64,000 bases of DNA from a virus, in the IMG/VR virus record IMGVR_UViG_3300014202_001521, positions 2,931 through 66,930 of that record; one strand, 5' to 3'. Of the stretch, positions 46,962 to 56,505 are shown piece by piece. The notes under the pieces are model-generated. The model did no database searches, had not been told where the DNA came from, and saw only the letters and a program-made list of their open reading frames with translations. The first letter of the stretch is position 1, and each line of letters starts with the position of its first letter. A program made the position numbers and the translations under genes.

Positions 46962-47002
46962 AATTGTTTCCTATTCTATCAGGTAAAAATAATTACGCTA
47001 GA

Positions 47003-48571
47003 TCATCCCACCCTTTCCCCATCAGATGGTTCAAACTTCGTACCCTTCCCCACACTAATCTTATCAATCGTTGTCTCTGTGCGGTCTGTATCATCATCCT
47101 GAATCTTCGTCATTTCCGCCATGTAAGTATGGTGGCTAATCTCTTCCATTCTCAAAGTCTGATCCCTGAAATGATACCTGATCTTGAAGTCAAAACGGCT
47201 TCTACCGTCTCTAGTCTTAGCGATGAACCCACGACCAACATTCGCCTTCTCTTCCTGTTTAATTCTGTTGAGCGTAATGAAGAAGTCGAAAACACGGTCC
47301 TGCTTGAAAGCATCAGCCTGATTGCTTTCATCCATAAACTCTTCAAGCGTCAACTCCGTGGCCGACTTATTCGGATGTAGAGCAATCAACGAACAATGCT
47401 TTTCCTCAACGCCAAAACCACGAATGTTCTGTAGCAAATAGAATCTAGCATCCCAAGGTGAAATGCCAGCCTGAACCTTCATATCACCTGGATAATCGTA
47501 AACTACTAAATCTGGCTTAAACCCAAGCATAACAGCTTGTGCATAATATGCACGCACTGTGGACATATCCGCACTACCAGACGGGAATTGCTTGATAATT
47601 AACCGTCTCTTATCTTCAAAATCACCAACCGTGTCCCTTAAAGCCGCCCATACCTCTTCCTTACGCGGCATTAACTGATGCTGACCGATGTTACTAAGCA
47701 TCGCGTCAAAACGACTTGCGATGCGGTCTTGATCCATTTCAGTTGATATATAAAGGACTTTCTTACCCCTGGCGACGTTCAATCCCGATACCCAGGTAAG
47801 CCACAGACTCTTACCACCACCAGACTTGGCCATAACAGCGCCAAGTTCACCCCTACGCAAGCCACCACCAACTAAAGCCGCATCTGCCGACCTGAAACCC
47901 ATCGTAAATGTTTCTTGGTTTGCTTCTTCATGCTCAACTCTAGCGTATCGTTCCTCAATCGCTTCAAAGTAATTAAGGCCCATATCAAAATTTCGATTGA
48001 CCAGTCGGGCTTCCTTATACAACTGGTCAATCTTATCCCAAGTCTCATCAGACTCTGGATTCTTACGCATCAATTCAATCGACTTGGCAAACGCCGCTTT
48101 AGTTGCTTGGGTCTTGGCAAAAGTGGCTATACGATCCAATATTGCATCAGGAGAGTCAAGCATAGGGAACATATTCCCAATGCCGCCCTTGCTGTAATAA
48201 TCGTATAGAAGATTGACTTCGGTTGTGTAAAGCAGCTTGATAGCGCGGTAACTATCGTCTTGATTTGGATACCTTCTCTTCAGATAGTCGTCCATCAATT
48301 CCTTGAGGAATATCTTGCTAGGCGGCTGTTTGTATTCATCGAAATACTTAAACAGCGTCCTACACACGTTCTGATGGACTTCGCTCCTGAAATAGAAAGG
48401 CTTGATTAGCCCGACACTTTGGCAGAGAAAGAACCTATTGCAAAGTAACGTCCCCAAGAGCATCCTTAGAAAATCATCGTTGTAAGGATACTTTGGTTCA
48501 TCTACTGACTTGTTCGGATTGACTAATGTATCATAATCTAATTGGTCCTGCTGATTGAGCTTATTTTCCAT
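47003..48571 (-). CDS. Replicative helicase (DnaB / T4 gp41-like)
   Basis: GGLRRGEL..MAKSGGGKS, VLYISTEM...RFDA, LIIKQFPSG, PDLVVYDY, KTRDG. Confidence 0.9.
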   Translation of the reverse strand: MENKLNQQDQLDYDTLVNPNKSVDEPKYPYNDDFLRMLLGTLLCNRFFLCQSVGLIKPFYFRSEVHQNVCRTLFKYFDEYKQPPSKIFLKELMDDYLKRRYPNQDDSYRAIKLLYTTEVNLLYDYYSKGGIGNMFPMLDSPDAILDRIATFAKTQATKAAFAKSIELMRKNPESDETWDKIDQLYKEARLVNRNFDMGLNYFEAIEERYARVEHEEANQETFTMGFRSADAALVGGGLRRGELGAVMAKSGGGKSLWLTWVSGLNVARGKKVLYISTEMDQDRIASRFDAMLSNIGQHQLMPRKEEVWAALRDTVGDFEDKRRLIIKQFPSGSADMSTVRAYYAQAVMLGFKPDLVVYDYPGDMKVQAGISPWDARFYLLQNIRGFGVEEKHCSLIALHPNKSATELTLEEFMDESNQADAFKQDRVFDFFITLNRIKQEEKANVGRGFIAKTRDGRSRFDFKIRYHFRDQTLRMEEISHHTYMAEMTKIQDDDTDRTETTIDKISVGKGTKFEPSDGERVG

Positions 48572-48573
48572 TC

Positions 48574-49599
48574 CTACACCTTATTTAATAACAAACACAG
48601 CATTAAGAGGCAGACAGTAACAGAAAATAAATAGGGTTGCAATTGAAATTTTTCTAACTTAGTTTTCTCTGCGACTAGCTTTCTATTCTCTTTAATAACT
48701 TTCTCTAAATCGTAAGCCAAAGCCGTAGAAGAATTTAAACTATAATATGCACCCCTGCCATTTTCAGCAATTTGTTGCAAAATTTCTTCATCTAACTGCG
48801 ATGTGGCAATCTGGTTATTACGGTCTGTAATATAACGAACAAAGCCACCCTTGCTGTCTCGCACAACTAAAGGTGCAGCTTTGTCACTACCAACGCCTAC
48901 AGTATAGATTTTGAAATTCTTAGAAGATAACTCCCGCGTTATCTGGAGTAACTTGGGCCTGTTCGTACCCAAAGCTTCCTCTTTGCCGCCGTCAGAGAGC
49001 AATATTACAATGTTGAGGCCATCCTTGTCAATTTTATCTTTCTTGATGTAAATGTCCTGTATCGCTTCCATCGCTTTCGTCAAATCAGTACCCAATGTTG
49101 GAGCCGAACGCCAATCCAATTCATCCAACATCCCAATGAACGAAAGTCGCGTGGTAGTAAAAGGACAAAAATACGGGTTCACATCGCCAGCAAATGGCAA
49201 AATAGAACATTCATACACACCATCCAATGAGTTGTAGAAGTCCTTAATTTGCTTCCGTGTTGCTTCTAATCTATTCGGTTCCACGTCTTCGGAATATACC
49301 ATCGACCTTGAAACATCAACCACGAATATTATGCGTATATCAGAATACTGCTTATCTTTTGCCGTTACATAGAGGTAAGGCTCTGTAAACGCCACCATAC
49401 ACGCAACAATGGCTGTTAGATATAGGAAATATACTAACCCTCTACGTTTCCAGGTGGGAGCGTTACTATATGCCAGGAAGTCTTTAATATGGGGCACACT
49501 GTCAAACTTCATGAATGAGCGTACCGCCCAAGCCAGTGCGCCTAGCAAGGGCAGCAGCAATGCCAAGAGTATAAAAGCAAACGGTCTATCAAAGTGCAT
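48574..49599 (-). CDS. VWA domain membrane protein (BatB-like)
   Basis: N-terminal TM segments; DVSRSM..DVEPNRL MIDAS; LLSDG; IYTVGVG; SQLDEEILQQIA; C-terminal TM. Confidence 0.88.
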   Translation of the reverse strand: MHFDRPFAFILLALLLPLLGALAWAVRSFMKFDSVPHIKDFLAYSNAPTWKRRGLVYFLYLTAIVACMVAFTEPYLYVTAKDKQYSDIRIIFVVDVSRSMVYSEDVEPNRLEATRKQIKDFYNSLDGVYECSILPFAGDVNPYFCPFTTTRLSFIGMLDELDWRSAPTLGTDLTKAMEAIQDIYIKKDKIDKDGLNIVILLSDGGKEEALGTNRPKLLQITRELSSKNFKIYTVGVGSDKAAPLVVRDSKGGFVRYITDRNNQIATSQLDEEILQQIAENGRGAYYSLNSSTALAYDLEKVIKENRKLVAEKTKLEKFQLQPYLFSVTVCLLMLCLLLNKV

Positions 49600-49600
49600 G

Positions 49601-50401
49601 TTAGTTACCAGAGGATTTACCAATGCCGAACTTCTTGCTAGTCAACATTTGCTTCTTCCTGGCCTGGGGACCAGCAGCATTGCCAAGTAAGCTGTTCTGA
49701 TTCTTAATCATAAGCTCAATGTTGACAACAGTATTAATATCATTGTTTCTATTGCGGAGAGCATACTTGTAGTAAGTAAGAGCCTGATTGAACAATTCTT
49801 GAGCGGTATCTGGCTCTGCCAAAAATTCAAGAACACGATAGTATATCTCACCCTTGAGATAATTCATATGATAATTGAAATCCAGATCGTCGCCATCTTT
49901 TAACTTCTCAGACTCTTTTCTGGCCTTCTCATACAAGGCGAAAGCCCTGTTGAGACTGTCAACAGTCAATGGATGTAACTCCCGCTGTGGTTGTGGAGCG
50001 GGAATTGGCTCTGGTTCGTCGGGATTCTCTGGATCAGCCATTGGCATCGGCGGCGGGCCTGGAGGTACAACAGCGGCATTTTCAATTTCAATCGCCCTTC
50101 TCAAACACTCTTCCGCTTCATTGAACCAAATAGCCGCCTTCCTTAACGCTATATTAGGAGCAATTCGCTCTTGATACTGCTTCGGCAAACCTTGCATGTC
50201 TAACTCAGCTTTTTCTAAATCGCCTATTGATTTAGCCTTGTTGACAGCGTTGCGAATACTGTTGTCTAATACCTGCTCATCATAAGACTTGTTTATTTTC
50301 AGAGTTAATTCATCTTCGGCATCTTTCTCGGCATTTGAAAAGTAATGAACGGCGAATACGCCAATCGCAACAAACACCAAACCAAATAATAACCGCTTCA
50401 T
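49601..50401 (-). CDS. TPR-like exported protein (BatC-like position)
   Basis: Signal/TM; ALTYYKYALR...NIEL. Confidence 0.65.
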   Translation of the reverse strand: MKRLLFGLVFVAIGVFAVHYFSNAEKDAEDELTLKINKSYDEQVLDNSIRNAVNKAKSIGDLEKAELDMQGLPKQYQERIAPNIALRKAAIWFNEAEECLRRAIEIENAAVVPPGPPPMPMADPENPDEPEPIPAPQPQRELHPLTVDSLNRAFALYEKARKESEKLKDGDDLDFNYHMNYLKGEIYYRVLEFLAEPDTAQELFNQALTYYKYALRNRNNDINTVVNIELMIKNQNSLLGNAAGPQARKKQMLTSKKFGIGKSSGN

Positions 50402-50402
50402 A

Positions 50403-51455
50403 TTATACCTCCGTAAAATTAAGTTGGATAGTTGTGTGTAAGAAAAATCCTACCAATATACACCAAAGTCCAATGCCCCCAAAAATCTCAGAAAGAGAAT
50501 GGTCCACACTCTGTTCCTTAGCTACATATTCGTTGGCTTGACTTACAGCAATCTCATTATAAATCCCTTCCAACCTACTCTTGTCGTAGCCCTTGACGAT
50601 ATCCCCACGCCCACCCGTCTCTTTACAAAACCTAATTAATTCCCTATCCAAATCGAATATAGATATAAAATAAACCCTAATGCCAACCAACTTGCAAAAG
50701 TCGATTATCTTATAGGATGACATTTTCCTCTGACTGCCATTAGCATCAAATATACCATCTGTGAAAATGATAATCGAACCACCCGCGAACTTATCCTTAT
50801 TGTCAATAATTGCCTGCAAGTCGTCTGGCTTTACTTGCTTCCCAGGTCCATAGAACCTGAATTGCAACTTATCCAAATCTTCCTGCTTAATCACGTCATT
50901 GTGAGAAAGCAACATTTCCACACCAGCCCACAAGCCAGATTCAATGTCAGTGCCTTTAGATAAAGGTGCCAAACGATAGTCGATGCGCTTTAACTTCTTC
51001 TGCACGAACTTAGGATCGTCTGTGAGGCCAGATACCACAAACGCATCATCCGAGAAAACAACCGCTCCCACCAAATCCTTACTACCATCACTTCTATTGC
51101 CCAAGAAGTCGAAAAGCTTGGCGTTGCCAGATAACACCGCCGTTAATTCATCACCAATACCATTCTCTTGCCTGAAATTAACCATCGAACCACTGCCGTC
51201 ATTCACCAAAACATACTTATGCACTTGGTAAACCTTGGTCACTTCCTTCATACTAAATACAACATTAACCGCAGCCAAGACGATGCAGAACGCACCAAAT
51301 AGCATGAAATACTGCCATTTAAACACAGTTCTGACCGTCTGCCCACGCAAGTTCTCTAAACAAGCATGGCGGAAGTAGAACTTAACCCTGTTTCTAAAGT
51401 AGAAATATAAAGGGAAAAGTAGTAACAGCAACAGCAGGTATGGTTGTTGGATCAT
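50403..51455 (-). CDS. VWA domain membrane protein (BatA-like)
   Basis: PYLLLLL N-terminus; DGSGSM; GAVVFSDDA; GTDI; IIFTDG; ETGG; LEGIYNEI. Confidence 0.85.
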   Translation of the reverse strand: MIQQPYLLLLLLLFPLYFYFRNRVKFYFRHACLENLRGQTVRTVFKWQYFMLFGAFCIVLAAVNVVFSMKEVTKVYQVHKYVLVNDGSGSMVNFRQENGIGDELTAVLSGNAKLFDFLGNRSDGSKDLVGAVVFSDDAFVVSGLTDDPKFVQKKLKRIDYRLAPLSKGTDIESGLWAGVEMLLSHNDVIKQEDLDKLQFRFYGPGKQVKPDDLQAIIDNKDKFAGGSIIIFTDGIFDANGSQRKMSSYKIIDFCKLVGIRVYFISIFDLDRELIRFCKETGGRGDIVKGYDKSRLEGIYNEIAVSQANEYVAKEQSVDHSLSEIFGGIGLWCILVGFFLHTTIQLNFTEV

Positions 51456-52867
51456 TTGTATTTGCGATCCTTGCAGAAAGTCTTTACAAGGTCTTTAAGA
51501 CTCTCGGCATTGTAAGTGGCGTTTGGTTGATATAGCCTGTCCAATTCTTCAACCAAGCGTTTGAAGTTACTCGTACACTCGCTCAAATTGACCGAATACA
51601 ACGAAACTCCATACACACCATTCATTACACTATTCAAATATTTAGAAACTATCCAGTAGTATCGCCTGTCTGGAGTCGCTCGGCTATATTCCAAACCTTC
51701 CCACAAGCCTTCATCCTTATTGCCACCTCGATACCACGCAGCAAGATTTCTCTTACCCGTAGCTAAAGCACCACCTAACAGTATTGCCGCGATACTAAAG
51801 CAAATTGAACTAATACCAACCTTGGCATACCAATAAACAGACTTCATTGGATTTTCAGTCTTGGGAAACCCAACTGGTCGTAAAATGGCTAGATTCAAAC
51901 CATCATTGGTTCGTGGTTGTAGATCATCTATTTCAGTGCCAGCAATGACGCTTCGGATAGAGTATTGAGATGTATTTGTCTTAATCGTCTTTAATTCGCC
52001 ATTCTTCTCATAACTGACCACAATTGGTTGGAAGGCGAAATTGCCATACTGCAACTGTCTAAAGGCATAATTGATTGTTACTATCTTGCCCCTATTAACC
52101 TTCGTTTCATTGACAACTGGCGGGGCAGGATCAAACCAAACTTCGCCAGCAAACGGGAATGGCAGTAGGCTCTGACCTAACTGTGGCAAAAGGTCTGTTC
52201 TGACCTTAATATCAGGGTCGAAAACATTAACCGTTACTTTGAAATTGCGCATCTCGCCAAGTTGACCGTTAGCTGGCGACTCAACTGACACGTTTGCCTT
52301 TACATAGCCATCTATCGGCGTCCATGCTACCATAGCCGCCGTGGTCCAAAAGCTATCCTTGGCGATAAGGTTGGCCAAGACCATAACATTGAGAGGATTC
52401 TTCAAATCCTCAACTTTTATCAAGAAAAGCTTAGGCTTTAATTCACGGGAACTAAATTTACCGTCAGCAACTTTGGCCAATCTTTTTAGAAAATCTTCCT
52501 GGCTTACGCTAGGATGCACATGCACCATAATCTCATTTGTAACTGAACACTCAATACCGTTGAATATAACTACGGGATAAGCTCGATACTTACTAGCCAA
52601 CTTATTTACAGCATCTATGGTTTCCTTCTTATTGTTGAAAAATAACAGGAAACCATCTAAGTCTGGATTACGAAATTCTTTGAACCGATCAAGCCCTTTG
52701 AGATTTTCAATATCCACCAAGAACTGTTTCTTGTCTTTGGGAGACTCTACATATATCTTATTTGCAACGGGCAATCCCCTGGCTTTAAGATTTTCGTCAT
52801 AGTAATTAAAGTCTTCCGCACGGTAAGACGTGCCAATCATTAGGGCTGCAAGCAGTATGGCGTTCAT
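51452..52867 (-). CDS. Exported membrane-anchored protein (BatD-like position)
   Basis: Signal peptide; beta-rich region GNFAFQPIVVSY; C-terminal TM. Confidence 0.55.
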   Translation of the reverse strand: MNAILLAALMIGTSYRAEDFNYYDENLKARGLPVANKIYVESPKDKKQFLVDIENLKGLDRFKEFRNPDLDGFLLFFNNKKETIDAVNKLASKYRAYPVVIFNGIECSVTNEIMVHVHPSVSQEDFLKRLAKVADGKFSSRELKPKLFLIKVEDLKNPLNVMVLANLIAKDSFWTTAAMVAWTPIDGYVKANVSVESPANGQLGEMRNFKVTVNVFDPDIKVRTDLLPQLGQSLLPFPFAGEVWFDPAPPVVNETKVNRGKIVTINYAFRQLQYGNFAFQPIVVSYEKNGELKTIKTNTSQYSIRSVIAGTEIDDLQPRTNDGLNLAILRPVGFPKTENPMKSVYWYAKVGISSICFSIAAILLGGALATGKRNLAAWYRGGNKDEGLWEGLEYSRATPDRRYYWIVSKYLNSVMNGVYGVSLYSVNLSECTSNFKRLVEELDRLYQPNATYNAESLKDLVKTFCKDRKYK

Positions 52868-53698
52868 TTAAGACCTCATTAGGTGTTTTATAAGCGGTAA
52901 AAGAAATTGTTCCTGTTTAACATCTAGGAACACCGCATCACTATTACAGTGAAGAAGTTTTTTCTTTATATCCCCTGCCCACCGATCAAATTCAGATTTT
53001 GCTGAATTAGCACTACAACTCCGCACATTACCTGTCTCCGCGTCCCTAAAAGTAATGTTGAGTGGTTCCTTTAAAGTCATTAACCAATCGACAGGGTTGT
53101 ATAAAACAATGTTCAAAAATGTATTGGTTGGCACCAATGACATTTTCTTGATGTTGTTTAACATCGAATCCGTCAAAGGATAACAAAAATCGGAGACAAA
53201 GACAATCAGGGAATTTCGCAAAGACAGATTAGATACCTTTTTGATGCTGTCCTCCGCAACCGTCTTCTTCCCCATCGTCAACTGACCAAGAGACTTCTCA
53301 ATAATACCAACTACCGAAGAATAATCGTCAGTTACATCCGTCGTGGTCATAACATGGTCAGAAAACACACATAGCCCTACCTTCTCATTGCACATGTCGC
53401 CAAGGTAGCACATGTAAAGCGCTGTAACGACAGCAGCATCTAGCTTCGTATACTGTGAGGAACTTATATCTAATATGATGAACAGGTTTAAAGAACGTTC
53501 AGGGTTAAACACCCTGGACATAGTTTTGCCAGTCTTTAAGCTGGATTTGCTGTCTAGTCGCTTATCCCCTGGCTGATACTCACGCACCACATCCACTTCA
53601 ATCAAACTATCTTTCAGCAGCGTGTTATGGATACCAGAAGAAAAAGCGTCTAAATATTTCTTGGCAGTAAGTTCCAGTGCCCGAAATCGCTTTTTCAT
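52868..53698 (-). CDS. DUF58 family VWA-like protein
   Basis: VREYQPGD, ILDISSS, EKVGL, VFVSDF, DAETG. Confidence 0.85.
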   Translation of the reverse strand: MKKRFRALELTAKKYLDAFSSGIHNTLLKDSLIEVDVVREYQPGDKRLDSKSSLKTGKTMSRVFNPERSLNLFIILDISSSQYTKLDAAVVTALYMCYLGDMCNEKVGLCVFSDHVMTTTDVTDDYSSVVGIIEKSLGQLTMGKKTVAEDSIKKVSNLSLRNSLIVFVSDFCYPLTDSMLNNIKKMSLVPTNTFLNIVLYNPVDWLMTLKEPLNITFRDAETGNVRSCSANSAKSEFDRWAGDIKKKLLHCNSDAVFLDVKQEQFLLPLIKHLMRS

Positions 53699-53904
53699 GT
53701 TATTTCTCTACGGGTCGGTCCCCAAGGGTATTTCATTTCTGCAAATACATCTACCTTGACCACTTTGCCATCAGCACGCATAGATTTCCAATCATCTTGG
53801 CTATCCGTAAGTTCCGCTACTTCTAGGACATTAGTACGGAACCCCCAACTGCTACACCAGACATAATAAGCCCCATCGGGATACTTCCATGCGTATTTAA
53901 TCAC
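53695..53904 (-). CDS. Hypothetical protein inserted in MoxR operon
   Basis: Coupled at both ends. Confidence 0.5.
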   Translation of the reverse strand: MIKYAWKYPDGAYYVWCSSWGFRTNVLEVAELTDSQDDWKSMRADGKVVKVDVFAEMKYPWGPTRREIT

Positions 53905-54971
53905 AGTCCAACCTTGTTCAACGCCTGCGTAATAAGACTATCAACCAGTTGCGTCTCACTCTGATACTTGCCAGGGAGCGACGATAACAGTAAGTGGAGC
54001 GAAGAATCGGCAACAATCAATCTAACTCTGAATACGTCGGCAGCAACCGCTACTACGTCATAAGGTGTTACATAGTCTCGCTGCTGCATGACCGCTTCCA
54101 TCATCGCCGCACCTTCCAAGTGCAACATGGCACGATCATTCATTGCTGGCTTCTGTTTAAAGAGCGGATCAGTGCCAATCACATTGCGTTCATCATTGAA
54201 TAAACCCAACGTTTCTGGATGGTTTAAGGAGTGAATTAACTTGGCGCAATACCGCCGTGTCTCGTCGCTTACATGAATATTATCGAACAACTCTTGACGG
54301 GCTTCACAAACTAATGCACTTGATATAATCTGCTTCATCGCAGACATATCAAAATTATGAGTTCGTTTGGCGATTTCGATTTTTTCGTCTTCAGTCGTCT
54401 CCCGCATAACCAATTTAAACATAAAGCGGTCAGCTAAAGCCTCCTGAATACGGCTAGTACCTTTCTGCTCAGTTGGGTTCTGAGTCGCTAAACAGAAGAA
54501 CGGTTGTTCCAGTCGGTAAGTTTCATTGCCGATGGTTACAGAACCTTCTGCTAGGGCTTCAATAAAAGCGTTCTGTGCCTTTGGAGGGAATCTATTGATT
54601 TCGTCCGCAAGCATTACGTTACAGAATAATGGACCCTGGACTGTCTTGGTATCACCTGTAAGGAGGATAATTTCACAGCCAGTGATATCACTGGCTAGTG
54701 CATCAGGCATACCAGAGACACGCTTGTTATTGCCCGCTAACAATCGGGCCAATAATTTACAAAGGACTGTCTTTCCCGTGCCTGTGCCGCCTTCGCAGAG
54801 AACGTGTCCCGTGCCCAAGAACCTTGAGCCATCAGGATAAAAGTCACGCTGACCAACGGCAAAAAGGGCCATAATGACACGGTTAATGACGTGTCGCTGA
54901 CCCACAATGACTGATTCAATGGCTTCCCTCAGCGGGAAGATATATTTGTTCAGAAGATTATCGAACTTCAT
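53901..54971 (-). CDS. moxR: MoxR-family AAA+ ATPase
   Basis: VIVGQ, GHVLCEGGTGTGKT, PDALASDITG, LADEINR.PPKAQ, ATQNPTEQKGT, DRF. Confidence 0.92.
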   Translation of the reverse strand: MKFDNLLNKYIFPLREAIESVIVGQRHVINRVIMALFAVGQRDFYPDGSRFLGTGHVLCEGGTGTGKTVLCKLLARLLAGNNKRVSGMPDALASDITGCEIILLTGDTKTVQGPLFCNVMLADEINRFPPKAQNAFIEALAEGSVTIGNETYRLEQPFFCLATQNPTEQKGTSRIQEALADRFMFKLVMRETTEDEKIEIAKRTHNFDMSAMKQIISSALVCEARQELFDNIHVSDETRRYCAKLIHSLNHPETLGLFNDERNVIGTDPLFKQKPAMNDRAMLHLEGAAMMEAVMQQRDYVTPYDVVAVAADVFRVRLIVADSSLHLLLSSLPGKYQSETQLVDSLITQALNKVGL

Positions 54972-55534
54972 TCTTCTTCCTCCACCATGTCGTAATGCCC
55001 GACCGAGTGAACAGTAACACTTATCGGGTTGTCCATGCCATTAAAAAGCAACATCACTGTATGATAATTCTTTTTACGCCAATTGCCATCCAAATCCTGA
55101 ATTACCCAATCCTTTGTACCACGATCCATTAAAGGAATTGTGAGACGTAAGTTCGGCATCAGATTTCGCAATTTCAATAAATCTGGCAGCGTATACCACT
55201 TTACTTCTTCTGTTTCGTTCGGTCCAGGCTTTAACTCTTGCCTAGAACATATAGGCACCCGAACACAATGGATTGTAGAGTGCCCACCCTGGATAACCCC
55301 TAAATACTCTGGTGGGCAATAACACATCGGGTCATAATCCTGAACTTGCTCTAAACCAGTCTCTTCAAGTAGCTCTCGCACCGCCGCATCAACTGGATTT
55401 TCGCCAGGATTAAGCTTGCCACCTGGGAGATTAAGCATCCCATCCAAGTGCGCTGGCTTATCCTTCAACACTAACGGCAATCGGACGGTAGGACCATCTA
55501 CAGCATACGGATATACAACTACATACTCAATCAT
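54968..55534 (-). CDS. NUDIX hydrolase
   Basis: LPGGKLNPGENPVDAAVRELLEETGL. Confidence 0.92.
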   Translation of the reverse strand: MIEYVVVYPYAVDGPTVRLPLVLKDKPAHLDGMLNLPGGKLNPGENPVDAAVRELLEETGLEQVQDYDPMCYCPPEYLGVIQGGHSTIHCVRVPICSRQELKPGPNETEEVKWYTLPDLLKLRNLMPNLRLTIPLMDRGTKDWVIQDLDGNWRKKNYHTVMLLFNGMDNPISVTVHSVGHYDMVEEEE

Positions 55535-55890
55535 TAGTAAAGTCCATTATGTTCAGGAAGTTCATTCTCAGCTTGAAACCAAAACTCTTCGCCATTACAT
55601 TCAGGTCGGCCAGCGGCTTCCCATAATTGATAAGCGTTCTTTTGAACCATTTCCCAACGGCAGCCTGGTAATCGCGTGTCAGCCGCAGGGTCATAGCCCC
55701 GATATACCTTGCCGTCTGTATCAATGACCCGCATCGGCCAGATACACCTAGCCATGTCTGCATTGCGCTCAAGCACTCGAATAGCCGTATCCAAATTATC
55801 AAATTCTTGATGACCAGCACGGTCAGAACTAATGGTTTCCCAACGGTGTCCGTGATATCCTGCGTGATTACTCTGAACTAAATATTTCAT
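55534..55890 (-). CDS. Protein with C-terminal DUF2934-like domain
   Basis: AYQLWEAAGRPE...FWFQAE. Confidence 0.7.
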   Translation of the reverse strand: MKYLVQSNHAGYHGHRWETISSDRAGHQEFDNLDTAIRVLERNADMARCIWPMRVIDTDGKVYRGYDPAADTRLPGCRWEMVQKNAYQLWEAAGRPECNGEEFWFQAENELPEHNGLY

Positions 55891-56447
55891 TGTTCACTTC
55901 CAAGGTAATCGAAATCTGATAATGATGCTATCCCAGCACGAATTGATTTTTCTTTAGTGATTTTCCTGCCAAGGCTCTTTTGTGCATTCCAGGCAATTGC
56001 TTTGCAGTAAGTGGAAAATTTATTGTCTATTTTGAGTGGTGAGTTCTTTTTAGGTCTTTCCCGCGATGGAACAAACTTCTTGACAATGCGATACAAGAGT
56101 TCTTCCTGGTAGGCACCATACTTCTGTCTATTTGCACCATGCCTAGTTCTGTTCCGCCAAAGATTCTCCAAACCTTCGACCAACTTGGATATGAATATAT
56201 CCTTTACATGTTTTTTCGCAACCTCAAAACATTGCTCAATGTAGACTTGCCGTTTGTAGTAGGAACCTGCCCGAATCAAAGACATAATTAATTCTTGATT
56301 AATGTCCTCAAAGTCGTCGGTATGATTATTCTTAGCATTTTTGCGGAGAAGTTGCCAAGATGCATACTTCGTTAGTTGTCCGAACGCCTTCTCCAAATCC
56401 ATGTACTCTTCATTACTAATTGGGAAATTATCGGTTATACTCTGCAT
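55887..56447 (-). CDS. Divergent sigma-factor-like protein (region 2 only)
   Basis: DFEDINQELIMSLIRA ... KFSTYCKAIAWN ... ASLSD. Confidence 0.5.
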   Translation of the reverse strand: MQSITDNFPISNEEYMDLEKAFGQLTKYASWQLLRKNAKNNHTDDFEDINQELIMSLIRAGSYYKRQVYIEQCFEVAKKHVKDIFISKLVEGLENLWRNRTRHGANRQKYGAYQEELLYRIVKKFVPSRERPKKNSPLKIDNKFSTYCKAIAWNAQKSLGRKITKEKSIRAGIASLSDFDYLGSEQ

Positions 56448-56450
56448 TCA

Positions 56451-56505
56451 CACCTCTATTCATTCAATTCCTTTCTATTATAGAGGTGCTTTTATATTAA
56501 ATCAA
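56451..56505 (-). promoter_or_regulatory. sigma70-type promoter inside an SD-sequestering inverted repeat
   Basis: TTGATT-N17-TATAAT; CACCTCTAT (56488-56480) pairs with ATAGAGGTG (56459-56451). Confidence 0.65.
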
